Origin: Amoebophrya sp. A120
Taxonomy: Eukaryota; Protista; Dinoflagellata
Assembly: GCA_905178155.1 (NCBI GenBank)
Contig: CAJINV010000001.1
Span: 16,058,142-16,122,141 of the forward strand
Direction of reading: 5' to 3'
DNA: 64,000 nucleotides
Both the position numbers and the translations under genes were made by a program. Numbering within the stretch: position 1 is the stretch's first letter; every line of letters begins with the position of its first letter. Below the pieces are notes generated by a model. The model was not told where the DNA came from. It ran no database searches and was given only the letters and a program-made list of their open reading frames with translations. Of the stretch, positions 49,211 to 59,598 are shown piece after piece.

Positions 49211-50341
49211 ATGGGGGGCCGCAGGCGGAAGATACCGGCCCGGCTGTCGCCACTGCAATCAGATTTGATGAAGGCCAGTCGCGACAATGACATTCTTGCG
49301 GTAGCGCACATCATCCAAGACCTGTTGAAAAACAATGGCCTGGATCGGTCGATCACGCCCGCTGCCGCTCCTGCAGCAGAAATCGAATCCTCAGGTTCGT
49401 CCAGTAGCACATCGACGTTCCCGTCGGCGGGTATTAGCGAAACAAGGTGTTTTTCAACAGAGTTGTTCTCCGCCCCGGTTGATCGGGCAGCGGGGGCAGA
49501 AGAAGAAGAAGAAATAGACTGTGCGGGGACAAGTAGCAATCCCAACAGTTGTACGTCTCGGCACTGCGGGGAACAAGCTGCGGCGACAGTGAAATCAACC
49601 GGGGATCAGGCTTCGGAGATGGAACAACAGCTAGGGAGGGGCTGTACCACCGCGCCGCGGTCGGCTACTCATCCAGAGGCATCGTCAAGTATTGGGGACG
49701 GAGCTGCAGCTGCGGTCGAGCGAGCATTAAAAGAAATTTTTCCCAGCGGTGGACCCGACGAAGCAAGCCCTTCGACTCACGACAGCACGAGCTCCCCGCG
49801 GGTGGAGGCCGCGCAAGTAGTAGAACACCAGCGACGAGTACCACAAGAGGGCGCGATCGGAAATGCGGACCCATCACAAACTTCGCCCACAGTAGGGACT
49901 GCACAAACGCGGCCCACCACTTGTGAAGATTCCGACCACCGCGGCCCCCCGGGTCGATCCGTGGCCCTCAACCCGCGGGTGGTCCACGCGCGCACTGCCG
50001 CTATACTGTCGGCGAAACAAGAGATACAGAACGTGGACCAGCTTGGCAGCCACTTCACGGCTCTGCACATCGCCGCGATGAAGGGGCACTTGGAGATTGT
50101 TCGGCTGCTGGTAACTGCGGGCTGCGAAGTCAACGGCGTCACCTCCCGGGGCCTCAGTCCCACGCACATCGCCAGCAAAAAGGGGCACTTGGAAGTCGTC
50201 CGCTTTCTCTCGCGGAAACGCGCCACACCGGAAAGAATGCCGGACCTTCTTTTGGAACGAGACATGGTTCGTGACGCCCAGATTGCCTGCGTGGATAACC
50301 AGAACAAGCGAGTGAAACTGGAAAAAGCACTGCGAGCATGA
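49211..50341 (+). CDS. Ankyrin repeat protein
   Basis: FTALHIAAMKGHLEIVRLLVTAGCEVN and GLSPTHIASKKGHLEVVRFL are canonical ankyrin repeats. Confidence 0.85.
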   Translation: MGGRRRKIPARLSPLQSDLMKASRDNDILAVAHIIQDLLKNNGLDRSITPAAAPAAEIESSGSSSSTSTFPSAGISETRCFSTELFSAPVDRAAGAEEEEEIDCAGTSSNPNSCTSRHCGEQAAATVKSTGDQASEMEQQLGRGCTTAPRSATHPEASSSIGDGAAAAVERALKEIFPSGGPDEASPSTHDSTSSPRVEAAQVVEHQRRVPQEGAIGNADPSQTSPTVGTAQTRPTTCEDSDHRGPPGRSVALNPRVVHARTAAILSAKQEIQNVDQLGSHFTALHIAAMKGHLEIVRLLVTAGCEVNGVTSRGLSPTHIASKKGHLEVVRFLSRKRATPERMPDLLLERDMVRDAQIACVDNQNKRVKLEKALRA

Positions 50342-51207
50342 ATTGCAGCAGCTGTTTGGGGCGCATTTTTTTTCCAAACTTTATCGACGACTCTACAACG
50401 CGACACTGTAAGATCGAGATTCATTTTTATCGACGGAAAAAGACCGCACAAGAATCAACCGCGGCAGTGAACTGCATGAAGATACGATGGCGCCGGATTG
50501 TGTATTCCTGTTTCTCCTACGTGTTCGCTCATATTGGACTCTCGCTTTTCGGTAAAAGAAGCTGCCTGGTCTGCACATTAATGTTGAATTGCTGGGGATG
50601 ATCGGAAAAGAAAATCCAGTGCGCGGGATGTGGTCTCGCTTCGTGATCGCCGTTGTCGCTTCGATGCTGATCGTGGTACCGTGTAAGTTTCTATCGTGAT
50701 GCTTGTTGAACCGCAACGGATCCTTGTACAGCTTTGAGTCCTTCTTCGTCGTTTGTTCGAGGAAGGAATATGAGATTGTTGACGAAGCAACGGTACTTGA
50801 TAAAAACAAAAATCTATCTCCGTAGTTCGGTCCCGGTAAGGGTGTGGCAGGCCGGTGTGTTTTCAAATTGCCACACAGAACGCGATGTAGAGCAAGAATG
50901 TCCTCCGGCGACGCACGCTTTGGTCATCACTCGGAAGCCCCACGCATGCGTCCGCCGCATCCTGCAGAACTAGGGTCAGTAAGAATTGATCACGCACCGG
51001 TCGGACAGCAGTCCGGCGCGGGGATGAGGCTTCGACATCGCGTTATGCCTTCAACATCCGCATTGTGCTAAAATGAATGCGGTGCAACTTCTTTCCGACG
51101 GGCGCATGGCAATCTGGTTTTTTCTTGAAATCACGGAAATAAAGTAGAGCGAACGGTACGGCAGGTGTGCAAAAAAAGTTTCCCCGCCCCGCGTACCGGA
51201 AAACAAG

Positions 51208-54200
51208 ATGCCACCGCCGCAGCTGACCGCGAACCCGTCGGGGTGCGATGGGTTCCAGAAAAATCCGTTCAAGCCGGAAAACTGCAAGAAATGCGGGAAG
51301 TCGTTCCTTGAGCACCTCGGAATCATATCAGCTCAGGATCTGGCGGACGCCACTGCGCTCTACGAGCAGAGGATAAAGAAGGAAGAAGACCGTACTGCGG
51401 GGTTTATCTTTGTTCTTTTGTGTTTTGCATGCAGTAGCAGCTTGTTGGTTTCCTGATAAAAATCGCGTGATGGTGTACTTGCTTGACTCTACCGCTGCTC
51501 CCTTGCGACCTGCGCATAAGTGCAACATGTGTGGCAGTTTCTATAGTTATTTGTGCATGAGAAATAATGAACTACTAAACTAACAGGGAAAAACGCCAAG
51601 GCTGCGGATGCGCACAAAAAAACCTTCGAAGCCAGGCTCGAGAAGCAAAAGGAGAAAAAGCAAGCGGAGGAGGAAAACGACTGGTTTTTCGACGATGACA
51701 AAAAATCTTCGCAGGCGGCGAAAAACAAACTCCCCAGTCCCGCAGCGCCGGCGCCCAGCGGAGCCGGCGGCGAGGAGCACATACATATGATGACGGAAGA
51801 CGAATTGCGAAAAGCCAATGAGCAGCTGCAGAAGAAGGCCCAGGCCGGCAAGGCAAACGTGCAGATCAAAAATCTGATCGACTTTGCGGAGTTAGAAGAG
51901 GAAGCTAAGGTGAATAGAAGTGATGTACTTTTGGTACAAAGGCGGAGTGCGCTGCACAAATTATCGGGATTCATTCTCGCTTCATGGCGTAGAAATAAAC
52001 CAACAAGATTAATAATGATCCAGTGGTTTTGAAGATTCTTTCGTGCAGCAGACAACCAGAAAAAAATTCTCAACAACAAATAGGAACACATGGCGGCTTC
52101 ACGGTCGCTACCGACTCTGGACGTTCCACCGCCCTCGGACGGATCGCGGAGTCCACACGTCGGGGGTGCGCAGACACTGCCAACGAACCTAGGGATGAAA
52201 ACGTCTTCGCCGAACACAGACCGGTTTGACATTGCACAGGATTTTGGGGCGCCGGGGCAGGATATCAATGCGGTAGAGGAGTTAAAAGCGGAGTTGGCTA
52301 TGCTAAACGAAGAGCGGACCATTCAAATCGAGATACTCCGCGACGAATACGAGTCGAAAATTGTACTGATTTACTTATTTTGTATTGCACAGCCCAACAA
52401 GCACTTTTGCTTTCGATGACATTGATTGTACGGGCGCTACTGTACTGTAAAGACCAAAAAAAATGCAGTAAGTACACACTCATCTTCTCTTCAGGCAACG
52501 CTCCAGAAGCAGCTGCAGGAGGGAGGGAGTGCGCCGTCGCGACCCGCGCGAGAGGAGCAACTGGAGAAGCAGATCCACGAAAAGGAGCGGCTGCACCAGG
52601 CAGCGCTCGGGGAAATCGCGCAGCTGAAGGAGCAACTTGACGAGGCAACGCAGAAGCGCAAGCAGGTCGAGGACCGGCAAGCGTCCCTGCAAGGCCTTCG
52701 GGAAACCGAGGCCGGGAATCTCCGGGAGGAAACGACGCGGCTCCGCGAAGAAAGTGCAAGTTCCCGCGAGGAGCTCAAAGTGGCGCGGGAGGAAGTTTTG
52801 CGGCTGAAGGCAGATCTCCGGGGACTACAGGAAACCGGGGAACAGAAGGAGACAACGCTCCGGAAATCACAAGCGAATGAAGAGGCAAAGGCGCTCGCGC
52901 TGGCCAACAAAGTGGTAGAATTTGTCGCTTCTGAAATGTCCTCTGTGTGGTGCAACAGTTTTGTGAAATCAGGACAATTTTCCGTAGGTGGTAAGAAGAA
53001 AAAATAACCAAACGGGGCAACTCATGCCCTTTTTTTTGCGCTCCTGAACCTGATTCATTTTTCCAAAACTGCGTACAAATCCAGGCCGCGCTCGAAGCGC
53101 AGATCCGGGCCGGGCGGGACGAGGAGGCCACACAGCTTGCGACGCTGCAACAGAAATTACTGGCCTCTGATAAAGCCATTCAAGAAGCGGAGAACGCGCG
53201 GGACCTGGCCCGCGGCGAGGCTGAGCAGTTGCGGTTAGAGTACTCGGAGTACAAAATCCAAGAGCAACGCCGCGGCGCCGAGTTGGTGGACTTGGCGAAG
53301 GAAGAGGCGCTGCAAAAAGTGACGAAGTTGCAGGCCACGCACGAAAGGCAATTGGAAGACCAGGAGCAGCGGCACGTTGCAGAAAGAACGGCGTTACAGG
53401 AAGAGCATATGCGAACGCAGGACGTGTTCAAGTCTCGGCTCGAGGCAGAGACCGCGGCAACGCGCGCCCGGATCGAAGAAGAGTTGGCAGGTTTATAATT
53501 TTTTGTGTTGATTACAATTTGAATTTGTGCTCTTCATCGATTTTGCCTTTACGAAGGATCTGCTTCTTGAATCGTCCGAAGCCGGATCATTTTCTTGTTT
53601 GTACTACTTTACGCACTGCGTTTTCAGGTCGGGCCGCGGTTTTGGAAAGAGAGAAAGGCGCCGAGATCCAGATGCTCCGCACTCAGGTCGAGCAACGAGA
53701 AGCGGAATGCGAACAGTTAAAGGAGCGGGTTGAGTTACAATCCGGGCAAGTAGAACGCATACCTCTGCTAGAGGCAGAGGCGGAACAGGTAGAAATTCTG
53801 GCAGCACAATCTTTGAAGAAGAACTTTTGTTGGTATGATATGCTGTAGGGACAAAAAACACAGTCAGAAATCGGATTTACATCGATCAACAGCACCGGTC
53901 CGACCTGAGTGCCTTGTTGGCGGAAGTGGCGGAGCACAAGAAGCTCGAAAAAGAAAAAGAGCACAAGGCTGCGGACGTGGAGCACCGGCTCGCGGCCAAA
54001 ACGACTGCGATGGAGCTGCAGAGTGCGGAACTCGCCACGGCAGAGGAAAAACTGTTCGCCACCGAGCAAGCGCTGGCGAAGGAAAAGCGCAGCCGGGAAC
54101 AGGTCGAGCAAGAGAGCAAGGAAAAAATCGAGCGCGATACCGCAAGCCTGCGCAAACGGACGACGGAATTGGAGACTCAATTGCACTCCCTCATCGCCGA

Positions 54201-55343
54201 CAGTTCGAAACTTGGAGCCATGAACACCGCATTAAAAAAGGAACTGCAGCAAGGTATTTTCGATTTTCTTTATCGGGCAGTGATGTACAGTAAGTTCTTA
54301 CTTTCGATCGCTCAATCATACATAATCTTCAAGACGTGTGCGTGTGCACTATGCTCTATGAACAACAACGCAGATCCGATGGGTTCTTTCTCGATGTTCG
54401 TCTTTTGTGACTAAAATGTCACCTCTCTGGAAACAACACTGTGTAGGCAAAGAGTCCCTCGCCAACGCGTTGGCTGGTAAGGAGCAAGCGGACCGGGACT
54501 TGCAGCAAAAGGAGAAGGAGCTACAGCAGGTCAAGGATGATTCCCTGCTCGATGTGGAGAACCTGGCGCTGCGGAAAGAGCTCGACGACGCGCGCAAGTC
54601 GCAGTTCCAGGAGCAGCAGGCGCAAATGGAGCTGGATTTGCTCCGAAAGGCGCGGCTCACCCCCTCGGGGGAGCTTGGGCAGGACGTCCTCGCGCGCTAC
54701 CTCGGCGAGCAGAAATCGCTGTACCAGAGAATGTTGGAGCAAAAGGACGAGCTGATACGGAAATACGACGACAAATTGAACAAAGGTACAACTCTGGGCG
54801 ATTTTTTTTTGAATGCAGTGATTTACGCACCCAGTTTTGCATGCTGGTACACAACATCTTCCGTCCGCATGACCACGGGTGGTGAAAGGAAAAAAATCAA
54901 GCTGTGAACCTCTTTTTCACTTGTAGAGTAATACCCAAATATATAATCGGCGACCTGCTTCTACAGGCTCGGCGTCTCCGCTGGCTGCGCGGAATCGACT
55001 ACCGTTTGCACCGGAAAAGCGCAGCAGTGTAGAAAACACACCACCGCCGCCTTTGGGTGTCAGCAGCAGCAACACGGCAATTGCAACCAGCGCCAAAAGA
55101 TCGGACATGGAACAGAACATTAACAACAACGCATCTACTGTGGCGACTAAACAAGATACCGATGCTTTGCGGCAAGAAATTCTGCGACTGCGCGGGGAGC
55201 TGGAGCGGCAGAAGGCCGACCAGAAGCGCTTGGTAGACGAAGCAGGTCGGAAGGCGGCTCAACAAGCAGCAAAAGCTTTTCGCGACGTCCGCGTCAACGC
55301 GGAGAAGCAGTTCGGATGGCTCTTTGCCAGGATCCCGCCGTGA
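51208..55343 (+). CDS. Multi-exon (about 9) long coiled-coil protein with an N-terminal Cys/His motif
   Basis: Starts MPPPQLTANPSGCDGFQKNPFKPENCKKCGKSFLEH. A series of E/Q/K/A-rich heptad ORFs is separated by GT-AG introns (e.g. 51392-51586) and ends …FGWLFARIPP*. Internal boundaries were not all verified. Confidence 0.7.
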
Positions 55344-56496
55344 AACTAGTGGGTCAGCGATGGCGTCGCAGGACTTCACGAATAATTTTTCGTCGGTTTA
55401 TATTTCTCGCAGGTTTTTTTGAAACATGAAAAGGTCCGTGCGATAAACAAAAGAAACAAAACAGCGCGAAAATTGGCATTTGACTCTCAAAACTGGTCGC
55501 TCCGGCTACAGTGATCTATTAAAACTTTACTATTTGGCTTTGCATTGCCATACATAACTCAGAGATATTGACTTGCTTAACAATTATCAGGCAGAGCGAA
55601 AGTGCTTTCCTATGTCATAACCAAAGATACAGCCCGCAAGAGGAATGGCGTCTGTGATCAAGTCACTTCGCCTGGCGGGGTGCGACCAAGCTCCTGTAGC
55701 GCACAACAATTGAATTTCATTTTTCAGGTTGTATACCTACCAACTATTCTAGCAAGACTCAAAGCAACGAACTGGCAGTAAAGGCCAGGGACAGATATAC
55801 ACCAGGTTTTTTTTTTCAAAAAGCACATATCAACTGGCCTCAAAAGTGGGTGGATCTATGGCCTCTTTTTGCTCGTCCATACTTGTACACAAAATTTCAC
55901 TTGTAAGAAAAGCATTATCGAAGAAATGACACAAAGTCTCACCTTTGATTTGTATCACCCACGGTTAGTAGAGCAACTGTATCTATCACAAGAAACGTAC
56001 CAGCGGTCTAGATATTCAATCAATACTATGCAAAATCACAAACGCACAAGGAGAACGTGTACAAAGCTAAGGATTCCTCATGCTGTTTTAGAGGAAATGA
56101 AGACGAAATGCGTTCTGTACATGAAGATTCCATCGAGACATCCATACGCCCAGCGACAAGTGCTATTGATAGGGCTGACTACGCCGGCGCTTCCCTGAAT
56201 GACAAGGAGCAGTGTTCCGTGGTGTATCGTTGTCGTCGTTTGCATCCGCTATTTCAGCGCCTTTGCTTTGATACGTTTTGGCGACTGCTCCTGCTAGGTT
56301 TAGATGCTGCTCATGCGGTTCCTATACGGAGATCTTTTTTTGCTAATTTTGACTCGTAAGCGCCGAAACCGTGCGGCAGGGTCGCAAGAGCAGTTGAACT
56401 TTTTTGAAACAAGTCGAGGTGAATAACAGTGCAACTTGCCGTTCGCAAGTTGGTAAAGTCCTTGCCACCTCCTCCCGGGTACCGTGTTACGAAAAT

Positions 56497-57654
56497 ATGG
56501 CGCCTGATCCCGTGCTATGTCACCCGAACAGCTACTTCATGGCGTCTCTCGGCGCCTCAGCAGCTATTGTGTTTGCGAACCTCGGAGCCAGTTACGGCAC
56601 GGCAAAGGCAGGGGTAAGCGGAGAAGAATTTGACATTTTCCATGAGCATGGTTGTCAACACATAAACGAAGGAAAAGAAGCACGCTCACTTTCGAAGTGC
56701 ACAAAGAATTGGCATTTACCCATCAATTGGCATTTACCCATCTCCTATTCCTCTTTCCACAGATCGGCATTGGTGGGATGGGGGTAATGCGAGGCGATTT
56801 GGTGATGCGAAGCCTTATCCCAGTAGTGATGGCGGGGGTGCTGGGTATCATGAAAGATCTCTTTTACGTTTTCAGCGCCGAATTTGTTTCTGTTGTATGC
56901 AGAGAGGACATGTAGCTTTATCAGCTGGAAACAATCTCAGATCAACTGCGGAAGGATTGAGCAGGTTCTCACAATTTCGAAGAAAGACAAATAAACCGCA
57001 GGTATTTACGGGTTGATTAGCGCAGTTATCATCACGGGCAAGATTAACAAGCCGAGCGAGATATCATCCTTCCAAGGGTACTGGTTAGTACTTGATTTGA
57101 AAAGATAGTGAAGCTTGTGATTTTCAGTTTGCTTTCAACATATAGTGTTGCCGTACAGAATACCAATTTTTGCACCGTTAGGTCGTTGAACCAAAACTGC
57201 AGCAACTTGCATGATAACGGGAACGCACATAGTAATATCGTGGGAAATAAGTCCATGGATTTTATTCAGGTATTCCCTTCTCGGGGCAGGCGTCACGGTT
57301 GGCATGAGCTCAGTAGCAGCGGGATACGCAATTGGAATAGTTGGAGACGCTGGGGTCAGGTGCAACGCGCTCGCGAACGGTATCGTTTATGTCTGTAGTT
57401 TATTTCCCGGTTTGTTGAATGGTCAGAGTTGAAGAAGTAGAGGTCGGAATGGTGCTGTTTCTCTTTCTTGCCGGTCAGTCATCGAAGGATGAATCGTCGA
57501 AAGACAAAAATCTTCCTGCATCGAAACAGGCCGTCTTTTCGTCGGGATGATTCTGATTCTGATTTTTGCGGAGGCGTTGGGACTGTATGGGTTGATTGTG
57601 GGTCTCGTCGTGGCATCCGGATCCGACAAGGCGGGGCTCTGCAAGCCCTACTAG
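56497..57654 (+). CDS. ATP6V0C: V-type proton ATPase 16-kDa proteolipid subunit c, 5 exons
   Basis: Exons 56497-56613, 56763-56844, 57002-57077, 57270-57379 and 57530-57654, all GT-AG and in phase. Motifs [38 protein letters not shown] and [22 protein letters not shown] (proton-binding Glu). Confidence 0.97.
56707..56742 (+). repeat. 18-bp direct duplication (AATTGGCATTTACCCATC x2) in intron 1 of the V-ATPase c gene
   Basis: Two exact adjacent copies. Confidence 0.85.
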
Positions 57655-58328
57655 GACATCGGTGTCGTGCCCAGCAGGACTAACAGTTGATGAGCTTTGA
57701 TGTAAAGTATAAAACATGTTGACCATGGTGGCCGTGGCCAAAGTTTTTTAAAAGGAAAGAGACACAAACTGCCGTAGAGATTTTGTGCATTGCATGCCGT
57801 TTATCTTCTGGTGTGCAGACGACCAGATGGCCGCGCTCAGTTCTTTGATTTGCGAAATTCAATGCATTCGATATTACAATGTGGACCGAATTTCCAAACA
57901 TGAGAATTATGCCTTATACGACGCCAAGGCAAAGTTAAGTGGGATCTTCGCAGAGGGGCCTGTGATTGTCCAACCCTCGTCCGCCCTTCCTGTTCTCCAC
58001 AGGATGCGCTTTCCTCGCAAGTCTTTGCGGCACCTGCTGAAATAATGTTCGTGGAACTACAGCAAAGTTGAATAGCCCGACAGTTTTTATGCAGATATAG
58101 AAGGCTTGCGTCGTTTCAGCTCTATGAGGATTCGTTTTTGAGTGGTGTAGAGGTGCATAGCGCGGCGCTCTCACCTCCAGGATCCCAAACTAAAGCGCAC
58201 TATGGGGAAAGTAATAGGACGAGGTAGCTTCAGCTGCACTATGACAAGACGCGAAAACGTAAACACCTGAAACAGGTTCTAGTACGCTTATCCCGTCATT
58301 GGTTTTTTCTACTACCTCGTATAAAAAA

Positions 58329-59003
58329 ATGATGTCTTTATCAAGTCACAACCCGGCCGCGCGGCACGAAACGACGTCGGTGCTGGGTGCAACCGCAAGT
58401 TCAGCGGCGGATTTGCTTTCCCATCCGCAAAAGCAGACGCTCCGAGACGTGGAGCGCGAGATTGACGCAAAGCTGAGAGAAATCGCGGAATTGGAATCGG
58501 AGTTGCTGCTATCGGCGGAGGAGGAGCTTGCGCAGGAGCAGCTGCAGGCAAGCACGAAGGGGACAACGCAAGACGGGAAAGTAGACGACGACGCGGCCTC
58601 ACTTGTCAGCGTCGGACCACAGCGACCTGCACCGGCGATCAAGCGGGTGTGATGTTTCTTTCTTGTTCAGTACCTCTGGCTTTGAGTGAAAACGTACGTG
58701 TAGCATTTTTCCGTTTGGGTGGGTCATGATGACACCACTTCTTGAGAACGATATTCGAAGCACTTTTTACATTTCGCACAACAGCTACGAAAACGGCCGG
58801 AAGACGCGAAGTGGCGGTATTTGCAGCAGCGACCCGACCCAACGGACCGCTGCCGGGAGCTTCTTCTCTCCACTGTGCTGCCGAAGCCGCCGGAAGATCC
58901 GCCGCGCTTTCCAAAAATGCCACACTGTGCGGTCGACGAACCGCCGGTACTTTCACACGACCCCCTCCTGTGGCGCATGCAAAGATGTTTCGAGGGGCCC
59001 TAG
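58329..59003 (+). CDS. Hypothetical protein, 2 exons, short coiled coil
   Basis: Exon 58329-58646 (…LRDVEREIDAKLREIAELESE…) joins 58785-59003 in phase over a GT-AG intron. Confidence 0.55.
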
Positions 59004-59598
59004 AAGCAGAACTGGAGTAAACCAAGTCAACAATGCACGTGACCGCTTCGGGACTAATTATGCAGCGCAATTCAGGAGGAGATTGAGATACAAAGTGCAC
59101 TTGATGAAGCGAAAATCCAGGCCGGGGCTGTGGAAGTTTGCGGAGAGGAAATGTTCTCCCCTGCCGGATCATCATGATACTTTCGTGGTCCAAGCGACGA
59201 CTTACTCACTTTTTGGATATAGCGGGTTCTGAACAAATTTTGCAAAATTTCCGGACGGTGATCGCAATCGCTTCTTTTCGAATACAGAATCTTTTACGTT
59301 CTGTCGGCTATGACGCTCATGATCAGACATTGATTGAAGGAGTGGCGATCAGATTTTTCACTTTTCAGGTCGCAAGCCCCACCTGGCACGCATCACGGAG
59401 GCTATGAGAAGAATCAGTGCTAGGGTCGTCCCAGTCTCATGTGATTCACGGAAGGACCCCCACGTGTATGCTTATTTCGCCCAAATATCACATCCGTTCC
59501 CCTTGGTATTTTAATTTTTTTTCTTGTAGCACCTCCTTTCGACGCGCCCGGTTTATTTGATAAGATATGCGTTTTGCATTTTAGAAGAAAACAAAATC

